Below the pieces are notes generated by a model. That model saw only the letters and a program-made list of their open reading frames with translations. It was not told where the DNA came from and ran no database searches. Made by a program: the position numbers and the translations under genes. Of a stretch of 64,000 nucleotides of DNA, positions 1-11,563 are shown piece by piece (the first letter of the stretch is position 1; each line of letters begins with the position of its first letter). The DNA lies in NCBI GenBank assembly GCA_030390025.1, contig CM059432.1:124250001-124314000 (forward strand), in the 5' to 3' direction. Origin of the DNA: Squalus acanthias. Lineage: Eukaryota.

Positions 1-389
1 TGGTGCTGGTCTTTTGAAAAGCAAACTCTATCAGTATATGGAATTTACCAGGGGGTGGGTTATCTACAAGGACATCCAGGTGAAGAAGGCGGTATGTGGA
101 TATGTCATCATAGTTCAAATTTGTATTTGTATTTGTATCCTTTTGACATCTCAATTTGAACCTTCACTGTGTTAGAGTTAGGTGGAGAAATGATAAGTAG
201 TTAGGACAAGTACATTCAGGTAAAGGGTCATGTCAGAGTATATCACAGGAACTTTAAAGGATGTCATGTATTTTTAATTGTATTTCTGATGAGAAATAAG
301 GCTGTTAAGTCCTAGTTCTGGCTCCAAATTGACTCGATTCAATTCTTCTTTTCTTTGTATTTTATTGATTTTCCAGTTTTAAAACCTAA

Positions 390-752
390 GGCCCCGATAT
401 TTACGGAGAGGGTGCGGGGGACAGCGAAAATGGCCAGGGAACACGTCGAGGCAGGAGACGCAGTAGTCCTGCCGAATTTAACGGCAGGTCCTCATTATCA
501 TTTCTTTCTTCCGTTTCCCGCCTGGCAGACAGCTAAATTAATTGCACTATGAGAGCCTGATTCAAATATGTTAATGAAGTGTCCCGCCTCACCATAGCTG
601 GGACACGCACACTCCACGAAACCCGCCAGCATAAAACCGGCAACAGGCGCGTGCATGGCGAGTTGGGGACACCTTCCCCGAATTTTAATTTTTAAACCTA
701 CCCCTCTCCGACACCTCTCCCACCCGTCGTGGAGGGGATTAATATCAATGCC
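390..752. mobile_element. PIF/Harbinger-type MITE
   Basis: Imperfect TIRs (ggccccgatatt / aatatcaatgcc) flanked by TAA on both sides (387-389, 753-755); GC/CpG-rich non-coding interior. Confidence 0.7.
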
Positions 753-1011
753 TAAATGTCCACAAATTGGTAACACTGTAAAACTGATACACATTTTACA
801 CGTACTTACAGAGGTGTTTATAAGCAGTAATAAATACCTGAGAGCGATTACAAGGAATTCGTCTGATAGATTTGAAAGTCATTACCGAGGAACAAATTAT
901 CCGAATACATGACAAGATTACACCTTTAACTTGTACCTAAATATATATTTTTTAATACCTGTAGAGTTTTGATAGATTGTTTTATTGCATTTTGAGTTCT
1001 TTTTGGCTCCA

Positions 1012-2510
1012 AGGGGGGAATTTTAACCCCCAAAATGGGTGGGTTTGGGTCGAGTGGGAAGTAAAAATATAGGGCTAGATTTTGAATGACCCATGGAGTC
1101 GGGTTTGGAGGCGTGTGGGGGGTTAAATTTGCGGGGTCGGGGGTCCCGACCCCATCCCGACTCCATCCTGCCTCCACGCAATTTTGACAAAATCAGTCGC
1201 GGGGTTCCCGACTCCGTCCCGCCTCCAAGAGGCGGGAGAGGCCATTAAAGCCCTTAACAAGCCCTAAATTGGCTCTGTAATGCCATTTTGAAACGTTTTA
1301 GCTAGTTTAACCCTTTTCTGACGTGAAGTACGCCTGATGTGAAACACTCCAGTGAAACCTGGCGGGAGCACAAGTGGATAGCTGATTGTCAGCTGCAGGT
1401 GCACTATTACAACGGAGATGTGATGAAGGTAGTAGTAGTATTAGGTCTGAAAGTCGCCTCTGATGCTGCTGCATTGAATGTCTTCAGAGACTGCATGGCC
1501 TTTGCTGTGAGAGGACTTGGATGCAAAAAAATTCTAATTCTCTCTCTCTCTCTCTATCTCTTCGCCCCCCCCCACCCCCCATCCATTTTGCATCTAGGTC
1601 CACTCACATCAAAAGCCAGGCAGGTCCTCTCTCAGCAACAACCAGACAGTCTCTGAGACCAGGCACACAGTCTCTGACCTGCAATGCAGCAGGAATGATG
1701 ACGTCATCAGAGGCAACTTTCAGACTGAAACCACTAATTAGTTCATGGGTTCCCACATGCTGGAACTCAATTGCCCAATTAAGTGAAAATTGCATCATTC
1801 ATCCACATTAATCTGGAGTCGGGGGGGGACCACAAAATGCGGATGACACGACCCCAACCCGACCCCAAGACAAAATCCAGCCCATAAAACATCTCAAACC
1901 CAAATCCAACCCGCCACGAACCTGCCCACTTCCAGTTTAACGGAGCCGGGACTGGGGGAGGGGGGACGACTAGGGGCGGGAAACCAACCCGCTCGCAGGA
2001 GACAGGTCACTCATTTAAATATTTAAATGAGGGTGCATGCCTCAGGTTTTTTTCTCTGTTCCAGCTTTAACGCTGGCCGGCCGGGAAACCCGGCAGCTAT
2101 AGAGAGGCAAGGACTGCTACATGGAGCAAGTAAGATCTTTTCCAGCACTGCTTATGGGCCAGGAGGAACGGAGTGTTTCCCCCCCGGCCCCCAAAGCAAA
2201 CCTGTTAACCTCCCCAGTGATTGGACACCACCCTCCCCGCCCCACCCACCCCCCGCGACTCAATGCCTTCCTGATGTCTTCCATGGCCTCCAATCTCCTC
2301 CCGTCCCCCCCCCCCTTCCATGTCCTTCACGGACCCCGCCCCCCCATGATCTTCTCCCCTCCTCCCCTGACCTCTACAGCCTCTTCCACAATCTCCCCTC
2401 CTCCTCATCCGCTCTCTCCCGGCCTCTTCCACAATCTCCCCTCCTACTCCGATCTCTCCGGTCCCTCATCAATGTCCCTCCCGACTTCTCCCAGCCCCTC
2501 ATCGATGTCT
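1012..2510. mobile_element. Harbinger-type MITE, right end missing, interrupted by a second MITE
   Basis: Starts ggggggaattttaacc. With 1072-1883 removed, the sequence is colinear with the reverse complement of the MITE end at about 38575-38688. C-rich low-complexity interior at about 2230-2500. Confidence 0.7.
1072..1883. mobile_element. Nested non-autonomous PIF/Harbinger element (812 bp)
   Basis: 13-bp TIRs gggctagattttg / caaaatccagccc (1 mismatch); 3-bp TSD ATA at 1069-1071 and 1884-1886. Confidence 0.85.
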
Positions 2511-2719
2511 ACTAAATTCGAGGAAGGCACTGTAATTGTATTCAGTAATAATACACCATGCATTACTGGGAAACAATGGACATTAGACATGTATTAGTGT
2601 ATAGCACTATAGTTTTTGAACTGTGAATTTGCTCCATCAAATGTGCATTTCTGCACAATAGTTAACTACCTCAAGGTAAAGAAACTTGCTCAGTTAATTA
2701 AATATAGAATGACAGTAAG

Positions 2720-3070
2720 GAATGAGCAGGAAAGCCACATAGATTAACAACTTCCCAGGTTCAATCCCTGGTTCATGCTGAGCTTGATGATCTCCATTTG
2801 GGTGTTAGTAGAGATGCCACAATTGGCCTCAGCAGACTTGGGCTAGAGAGGGGAAAATTAGATGGAGTTCCTACTCCTGTTGACTATCCAGCAACACCTG
2901 CTGGAGGTGTGCCTGTGTGGGTGCCAAATGAGGATGTGACAGTCTCACCTTGACTGTAATGGCTCCTGTGCTAAAATAGCCTAGCAACATTCACACATGA
3001 AGAATGGCTACTTAGTCAGCATATCAAAGGACAGCCAGTACCTCTGAACTGTATCCAGCAAGTAATTAAA
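2720..3070 (+). mobile_element. AmnSINE2-like tRNA-derived SINE, decayed
   Basis: B-box ccaggttcaatccc followed by the motifs acaattggcctcagc, ctcctgttgactatccag and cacacatgaagaatggc, which recur at about 12050, 13750, 44200 and 59760. Family name from remembered consensus. Confidence 0.6.
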
Positions 3071-3574
3071 AACCTCAGGAAAGGAGCAGAAATACCTGGT
3101 ACTAAGAAAAGCACAGGGTACAGCAATGACTTATAGAAAAGGAAGGGAAGACAAAATAATATCTGTGTCAAATGTCTTTTTTGTCTATGTTGAATTTTGT
3201 AACTGATATTTTGTACCTCTAGAAATGTAAGGGGTTAACATCCAAAGTCACACAAATATTCGTCAATAGCAAAGTTCAAACTGGGTAAGTGGCTGGTGAG
3301 GACTTCACAAGGTGCAGGATTCTGGGGCCATCACATTCATCACAAACATCTTGACCATTGCCAAATATTGGCTATCTATGTATTATTGACAAATGGCTGT
3401 TTGATCCTAATGTAATTAAAGCAGGAAAAATGTACACTCTGAACTACAAGGGATGTGAGGTCCGCTTATGGGAGTAGCCGGTGACACTGAACCCAAGAAA
3501 ATCTGGCATGCAAGCTCAAAAATGTGACACTGTCTCATGCTTTACTGTCCTTGATATACTGAGACTGGCAAAAA

Positions 3575-3725
3575 AACTTTCAAAAGGGAATTAGATATAA
3601 ACTTGAAAAGGAAAAATTGGCAGGGCTATGGGGAAAGAGCAGGTGAATGGGACTAATTGCATAGCTCTTTCAAAGAGCCAGCACAGGCACGATGGGCCAA
3701 ATGGCCTCCTTCTGTGCTATATGAA
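3575..3725 (+). mobile_element. CR1 LINE 3' end fragment
   Basis: ttcaaaagggaattagat...gggctatggggaaagagcagg...gatgggccaaatggcctccttctgtgct; same tail as 20180-20340. Confidence 0.8.
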
Positions 3726-4013
3726 TATATGAAGTCAAGACGTTTGTGTAGCTCAATTTTCAGTTTTAGCCATGTTTGCACATAAAAACTGAAATACAGT
3801 GACAGGCACATTTGAAATTCATCTTTGATCAACCATCATAATATAAATAAATTACTTTTATTATTTCCCTCCAATCCAGAAAGATGGCTAAAACCCTGAG
3901 GATGAAATTGTTGCACACGCACGGTGGAGATTCAATAAGTTAACGTTAACTGTGCATCCTGTTGCATCAGATTAATTACACAAAAATATGATAATTTTGA
4001 ATCTCCAATACTA

Positions 4014-4205
<192 letters not shown>

Positions 4206-4469
4206 TTACAAAAAAAAATCAAGCGATTAACTTAAGTGTATTTGCAGTTTCTTTTTGTTCATAAACCTAAGCAAAGGCCAAGACCCATGATTCAGGTCAT
4301 CGCCAAGGTTTACAAGAGAAGACTAGAGAAATGAAGAAGCAGTGTTTAAGTAATGCCAAACCTGAGTTGTAAAAATCTGTAGATTGTAAGAGCAAGTGCT
4401 GACTGATGGAAGTAAGTCATTCTACAGTCTTGAGGTTCTTGAAGGAATGAATCTAGCTCAATCTGATCA

Positions 4470-4805
4470 GGGCCTTATCTGGTACAGTAGTGTAGTAGTT
4501 ATGGTACTGGACTAGCAACCCAGTCAACGTTACTTTAAATCCCACCATGGTAAACTGCAAAATTGAATTCAATTCATCTGGTAATTTATGTAACCACAAA
4601 AGCAGAGGTATTGCCATAAAAATCCACCGGCTCACTATAGTCTTTCAGGGAGGGAAACCTGCCACCCCTTCCTGACCTGACCTAATTGCAACTTTTAACG
4701 CTCTCTGAGGTCAACTAGCAAGCCAGTCAGTTGTCAGGTCAACGAGGAATGGGCAATAAATGAGGCTATACCAGCATTGCCCGTATCACAAGTTCAAAGA
4801 ATAAA
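4470..4805 (+). mobile_element. tRNA-derived SINE (unnamed family), decayed
   Basis: tRNA-like head (tggtactggactag...aaatcccacc), core cagggagggaaacctgcc and tail gggcaataaatg; homologous to 16250-16640, 25085-25275 and 30292-30547. Confidence 0.65.
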
Positions 4806-4821
4806 CAACAACAAAAAAACA

Positions 4822-5440
4822 AAAAAATACTGCAGATGCTGGAAATCTGAAATAAAAACAGAAAATGCTGGAAATACTCAGCAGGTCAGGCAGCATCTGT
4901 GGAGAGAGAAACAGAGTTAACATTTCAGGTCAATGACCTTTCGTCAGAACTGGAAAAAAGCAGGAAATGGAACAGATTTTTCAGCAAGTTTAGGGGCTGG
5001 GAAATGGGGGAGGGGATAAAAGAACAAAAGGGAAGGCCTGTGTTAGGATAGAAGGCAGGAAAGGTTAAGAGACATTAAGAGATATTCAAGGCAAAAGGAG
5101 ATGGTAATGGGACAGGTTAAGAAACCAAGGATGGCTCTAGATGAAGTGTAAATTGCGCTGGCAGAATGGAAGACAGCTGCCATGTGGGAGAGAAGAACAG
5201 AACAAAAGTGTGGATAAAAAAAAAATATATATATGTTATGATCTGAAATTGTTGAATTCTATGTTGAGTCCAGAGGGCTGTAAAGTGCCTAATCGAAAGA
5301 TGAGGTGCTGTTCCTCAAGCTTACGCTGAGCTTCCGTGGAACAATGCGAGAGGCGGAGGACGGTGAGGTCTGAGTGGGAGTGGAGCAGTGAATTAAAGTG
5401 ACAGGCGACTGGAAGCTCGGGGTCCCCCTTACGGACTGAA
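4822..5440 (-). mobile_element. Penelope-like retroelement 3' fragment (GIY-YIG endonuclease C-terminus plus pseudo-LTR end)
   Basis: ORF 5236-5451(-) contains PVACHFNS..HS.SDLTVL...QRKLEEQHLIFRLGTLQPSGLNIEF, typical of the PLE endonuclease C-terminus; terminal repeat shared with 39830-39970, 11413-11563 and 31903-31938. Confidence 0.8.
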
Positions 5441-5765
5441 AGAATAAACAAAGTTCAGTACCCAGACTGATCATTTTCAGTCTCCCTTTCTCTACTACCT
5501 TGATCAGGAATTCATCCATTTCCTTTTGATCACTTCATCTGAGTGTGGCTCAGTTGGTAGCATTATTACATCTGAGTGTGAATGTTGTGGGTTCTTGTCC
5601 GATTTCAGGGCTTGAGTACATAATCTAAATTTATACTTCAGTGCTGTACTGAGGAACTGCTGCATTGTCAGAGCTTTTTTTGGGGGGGATGAGAAATTCA
5701 ACTAGGCCCCATCTCCCTGTTGAGGTGGATGCAAAAGATGCCATGATACCATGCAAAGAAACAAG

Positions 5766-7520
5766 GGCCGAGATTTTCCAGGGTGTCAGCGGAGGGATCA
5801 GTGGCAGGTCGGGTGGGAAAATGTTTTTTTTGACAGCGGGTCGAGAACTCGCTGTCAACCCGCCTTTTCCAGTGTCGGGTCAACACTGAGCAGACTGGAC
5901 TGGCAGTGGCAGGCGACCCAATTAAACTCATTAGCATCTAGTTGACAGATGCTTAACAGGCTTTTTTAACTTACCTTTTGACTTTAACTGCATGACCACG
6001 GGAACCACACTGTTCGGGACCACGGCTGTCAACCAGAGGCGTGAGTTCCGTGGCCATTGCTCCAGCTGATTACTTGACAGTTTAAATGTACAGTAAAAGC
6101 TCCCACCTGACAGATCATCACTTTCCTCAGCCACAAGCTGTTTCTCAGTCCATTTCCAGCACAGATTCTGCAGACTTTCCACTTTCCACTCTCCATCCAG
6201 TCTCACCTCATTGGTAGAACTCTCTCGCCATTGACAGAATGTGTCTGTCATCTTTATTTTACCTGCCATCTATTCCATCAACATGGGTGCCTTTTATACT
6301 GTCTCACCTTGGTCCTCAGAATCCCACCACGATCAGCCCCAACACTAGCAGCATCAGGCACACCAGCAGTACCAACAACAACACCAATCTTCTCCGCAAT
6401 CAACTGATGCTGCACAGGACACAGGGCATCAGCACCCGAGCACATTGCTGCCCAGGAGGCCAGGGATGGCCTCATCATGGCCAGATTTACTTCACTTGAC
6501 GCTGTACACCCGGGCTGCCACATGATGCGCCAGGTTGGCACCACACCACACCAACACCATAAAGCATCTCTACAATGCCCAAGCCATTCCTTTCACACTC
6601 ATGACCATTGCGGGGGGTACCGTTACATCTCACCATTCACTGCAACTCACTAAGCCACTTCCAAAGGTGCACACAAATCTGTCCAAGAACGCAAAGTGTT
6701 GAAAATAAAGGTTTCAATGTTTGACAGCCCATTAACAGAAGCTACACATGAACATTGGCTAAAACACACAAGTGCCGACCCTTGTGTGTTGTTAGTTGCT
6801 ATGATTGCACTAGGATGAGGGTGAGTGTGAGGGGTGGCTAGTGAGATGGGGATGTGATAATGTAAATAGAGAGAGAGGGATGGATGGAGGTGCAAGGTAA
6901 GTTGGTATGAGTAAGGATGTGTAGGAGTAAGGTAGGGAAGGCAGAGTAATGGGGATGTGATGAGAGGCACAGGAGGATGAAGGCAAGTGTGGCTTTGTAC
7001 TAATGTTTCGTGATCTAATGAGATCATTGAAACGTTTGCGCCACTGCAGCCTGGTCCTCCTGACGACATCCCTGCTTGTGACCTCCTCTGCAATGTGCAA
7101 CCAGGCTGCGTTGGTCTCCTGGGGAGGTCTCTTCCGCCCATGGGAAGGGAAGAGAACCTCCCTGCGTGCTGTGACTCCCTCCATAAGCATATGGTGGGAG
7201 TCATGGGAGAGCCTGGGTGCAGCCGTGCACCTCTGTGCAGTGCTCGTCAGTGTTTGCAGCACCTCAATGCTGTAGAACACTGACAGCACAAATGTCAAAA
7301 GTAAAGTTGGCCATGGCCTCTTTAAGGAAACCGGCTCAAGACGCGTCATGAATGACGTCAGCAGATTCGCTCCTTCTAATTGGGCCAGGAAATGCGCTGA
7401 GCAGGTTTAACAAGCCCAATCAACGTATTTTCATTTTCCAGAGCGGGATGGTGCCAGCAGTAAGGCCGTGACCCGTCACCGACATCGCCCGCCCCGGCTG
7501 AGGTAAGGAAAATCTCGGCC
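5766..7520. mobile_element. Non-autonomous PIF/Harbinger transposon (1755 bp) with Myb/SANT-like exon and transposase remnants
   Basis: Perfect 14-bp TIRs ggccgagattttcc / ggaaaatctcggcc; 3-bp TSD AAG (5763-5765, 7521-7523); related copies at 22911-24000 and 61803-63240. Confidence 0.88.
7011..7220 (-). pseudogene. Myb/SANT-like (trihelix, NAIF1/MYPOP-like) DNA-binding domain of Harbinger ORF2
   Basis: APRLSHDSHHMLMEGVTARREVLFPSHGRKRPPQETNAAWLHIAEEVTSRDVVRRTRLQWRKRFNDL fits the Harbinger Myb-like pattern (W..IA.EV...RT..Q.RKRFNDL); lies inside a TIR-bounded element. Confidence 0.75.
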
Positions 7521-10500
7521 AAGCAATTCTACTGGTGTGCTGGCCAACATTGCTCTCTCAATCAATACTATGGAAAACCAAATTAACTAGAGTACATATT
7601 GATCGCATTTGCTGTTTATAAGATCTTGCTGTGTTCAAATTGACTGTAATGTTCACCTGTATAACAATACTGACTGCACTTAGGCAAAAGTAAAGCACTT
7701 TGGGATATTCTGAGGATGCGATTAACTGCTGTATAAATGCAGGCCCTTTCATTTCTTTTATATTTGTTGCATTAAGTTAGTCAGACTGAAGTCTTTAAGA
7801 AGGTATTTCCAGTTATAACAAGCAAGCAAGTAGGTCAACATTCTTTCATGTCTGATAATCATCAGAGAAATGTTAGCTCTTATAAAACTTTGCCTGTATT
7901 TTTAGAGAACAGTGCCAAAACAACCTTCTGAAAATGTATACTATCCCACAAGCTATCACACAGAAGACAGCTGAACTATATGTAATAGATTACTAGGAGG
8001 AATAGGAGACGGGCTGCCATTGTTTATGGGTCACATGGAAGTCTACACAGCTGCACACTATTTTTACGTTATTTTGGTCATCTGATGATAAATTATGATA
8101 AATCGGTTTTGATGGATCTTCTGAAACCAAGGTAATGATATAAACTGTCGCACCTCATAGTTCAGAAATTAGGCTTCAGCATTCAAAGCAAATTAGAGTG
8201 AAGAGTACAACTGTTTCATTGCCCCATCCCACTGAGTTACCAATTACACCTGTGTCTTCCTTAGGAACAGGGAGGAGAGGAAATCTGAGGAAGATTTTTT
8301 CCAGACCAATCTCATATACCTCCTGGTGTCTAACCAAAGAGTGAGATTGGTGGAGGCTTGGCAGCAAGTCACCCGTCACCTGCCTTTTAATCTGAGTTGG
8401 TGCATGAGATATTGAAATCAGAGCGAGGGGAAAAGAAAATGAGTGTTAAGGAATAAAAGGACAGGTATGTTTACCAAAAATACAAATAAGACTGTAGCTC
8501 AGCTAGCCATGCTTGTCACCCAAATCACAATAAAATTAATCTGGATTTACAAATGACTTTAAAGACACGTCCTAATAAAACATCTACTGGTGATTACTAT
8601 CCAGCATGTTTCACACTTTTATACAGCACACATTGCTCATCCAGTGTTCCCTGATCAAGAAGTACATACAGTTACACCTTGTTCATATTGAAGTTCTCAT
8701 TTGGTTCTTGCATGTTATATAAATCTCTTTGCATGACACTTCTTGTATGGCTCCCAAACACAGGGTATTTATTTTATAGTCCACATTTTAGCAGAAGAAA
8801 AGGCAACATGTTTCCCCCCGCTTTGATCATTTTTCCACTCCTGTTTAAGTGCCCTCCAGTGTGGCTTTAACCTATTCCTTGACTAAGATTACCTACTTTC
8901 AGCCAGCTGCCAATGCTCATCTATAATTAATTGCTTGGAAATATACAAAAGCAAAATGGGTTGCTTTGCTCTCCCTCAGCTATACAAGAATAACCTGCTG
9001 TTTAGGAATTGCATTTTTACCCTAAATGCAGCGTAGCATGCTGGTACTCCAACACATTGCACCATTGTGATAAGCATGCACTGGATAACCATCAGAAGCG
9101 GGAATCCTGGCTGATTTTCCCCAGCCTACCTCAGCAGCATTGCAGCCTCTTGGTCGTGCTGCTATATTTTAAGCAGTGCTTAATCACTACTTAATGAATT
9201 ATATATTATTGGTCCGTCCTCCTAACCCCACAACACAGAAGATCCTTCAATTAGCCAGTTCAGATTTCTGATGGATCTGGATGTTTGAAGAATGATGTTC
9301 ATCAACTGATGTAGCACCACATGCTCTTCTAAGATCTTGCGGGGTTGTATCTGGTATTCCATCTGCCTAACTCAAAATTGCAACATGGATGGAAACTAAT
9401 AATAGCAGAAACAACAATTTCCTGGATACCCTAAGGATACATTTTGTAATGTTCTGTAGCCATATTCAGACTGAGTCAAAGAGAATTACACTCAGGACTA
9501 ATTCTTTGTTCAATGATAATATATATGACTTACAATAATAAATGTTTTGCCAAAAATAAATTCTGGTAAAAGTTTTGTTTGCTGTAATAAAATGTAATTA
9601 TATTAGCAGTTTCAATATTTCAGGGCTTGGGTGATTGACAGTTTGATGAAATGGAGAAAGCTGTAAGTTCCAAGTTCAGTTACACTAAACGTCTCAGCTT
9701 GAAATTGGTGCCGTTGATATTGATTCAAAGGCTGGAATGCAAACAAGATTGGACATTCCCCGCTTCTTCTTCTTCTGGTGAATTGACCTCAAATTAACTA
9801 CATAGTTTACAACACTAACTGAGTCCCTTAGACTGTGGTTCCTGCATCTGCATTGGAAGGAATGCTTTTAAAAAGGCCAATAAAGACAGAGATTAGGTAA
9901 GTACAGATGCTTTTGACAGGAGACATCAATTTTCATTGACCTGTGAAATATTTTCACGGACTGATCAAAGGACGTTATAGCACTCGGAACTTTTGATATA
10001 AACAGGCTGCAAATTCACCCAAACAACTCATTCCATCTAGTTAGAGAATTAATTGAAGAAATTGGTACTTTTTTCATTATAAGTGAGATTTCACAGTAAG
10101 CTTATTTACTGTATCCTGCTTTAAATGTAATCCTGCTGAATAAATAGAGCCTCCAAGTGATTAACAACAACTGCAATGACTACTGCTTTAAGCGTTAAAG
10201 GAAAAAATAAAGTTTGAATGCGTATTCTAGGCTGACACAAACAATAGCTGCCTATAGTAAAACAAAATTTGATAGTCAGGGGGTTAACCTCACTTCCATG
10301 AGATAACCTTCAGCTAAATGTGCTTTCCATTCTGCTGAATAAAAATCAAAGTTTCAATCTAAATCTTGACACATACATAATATGTTCACAAAATTGCTGA
10401 CTTGCAATCGATTTGGGTCATCTTGTTGAGAAGCAAATGTTGAATTTGACTATTATGCTGCAGCCCTTCCAGGCAGATATTAAGAAGACTCAATTCAGAG

Positions 10501-11411
10501 GTGGTTAATGATCAGCCTCAGGCATTGTTTGGCAATATGCGCAATTCTTGTAATTCACATCTCTCCACACAATAGAATAATGGATGAGGCTTGTGAACAG
10601 AAGAAATGTCATACGCTTTATACTATAATATCATTTTAGTAACGCACGGATTTCAATTTTGATGCACCTGACCTAAAAAAAAGCCAGTTGCACTATTTAT
10701 TGAATTGGAGCCTTTGCTTTTTAAACATTTGCAACAGACAATAGATTATTGATGAGGGTAATGTTTGGGACAGATGTATAGTAACAAAGCTTTTAATGAA
10801 GGTGAATTTTGTCAAAATCACTTCATTGCTTATATTATTTTCATTTATTGGTCTGCTGTGCTCCCATATTCCTCTGATAGGAGCCTCTGTGCAGATATGA
10901 TTAATCTTCCCTTGTCCCTCAACAGGATACCTATTTGCTTTGACCTTCGACTCCCAGGTATTCAGCCACATAAAGTGAGAGGAAGCAAAACTGACATGTG
11001 GAAATGGACCTGACAACACACGCTCTTCTCAGTTCCGCACAGTTGTACCAATGCTTGAAAAGTCAACCTTACAGCTCCACAACCAAACTGCCAGCTCCAT
11101 TTCCACAGCATCAATTAACAATGACCAACCTTGGTACAATTAACAAAAACTATTCAAATACAATAACGCTAAGCCATCACAAATGAACAAATACAATTAG
11201 AAGCTTGTCATCGGTTCAAAATAGGGCACAGTTTAGTGGCTAACATTATACCCATGGGTTGATTTGCATGGACCTCTTTCAACTGTTTTAACTCTCTGTA
11301 ACTAATTACTGTTGGCGCTTTTTGTTTAATTGAAAGCCACACATTGATTTTTAAAGCCTGCACATACTCCAGTGACAATATTATAAAAAGAAAACAACAA
11401 ATCTGGATTAC

Positions 11412-11563
11412 AAATAACAACAGAAAATGCTGGAAATACTCAGCAGGCCAGGCAGCATCCGTGGAGAGAGCTCTCTCCACAGATGCTGCCTGGCCTGCTG
11501 AGTATTTCCAGCATTTTCTGTTGTTATTTCAGATTTCCAGCATCCGCAGTATTTTGCTATTGT
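11412..11563. repeat. 118-bp spacerless palindrome built from Penelope terminal repeat, flanked by a 14-bp direct repeat
   Basis: Arms 11412-11470 and 11471-11529 are reverse complements with 1 mismatch; aaatctggattaca at 11399-11412 and 11564-11577. Confidence 0.92.

Larger units (their letters stand above)
5541..7757 (+). mobile_element. Deu-domain SINE (SacSINE1/AmnSINE1-like) split by a Harbinger insertion; parts at 5541-5765 and 7521-7757
   Basis: A-box tggctcagttgg at 5546; Deu core ggatgaga...aggccccatct...ggtggatgcaaaagatgccatg; continues after 7520 with ggtgtgctggccaacatt...gcactttggga...tataaatgca. Colinear with the copy at 32655-35072. Confidence 0.75.

Noticed and set aside
2027..2597. 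Pro/Ser-rich ORFs of about 160 aa
   Set aside because: They fall in the C-rich low-complexity interior of a MITE, where stop codons are rare; no domain or splice support.
3938..3951. 14-bp perfect palindrome agttaacgttaact near the exon donor
   Set aside because: Short AT-rich palindromes of this length can occur by chance in 64 kb; no other support.
5541..5610. tRNA gene (A and B boxes; also near 13760 and 46070-46125)
   Set aside because: These are SINE heads continuing into SINE bodies; no cloverleaf is evident.
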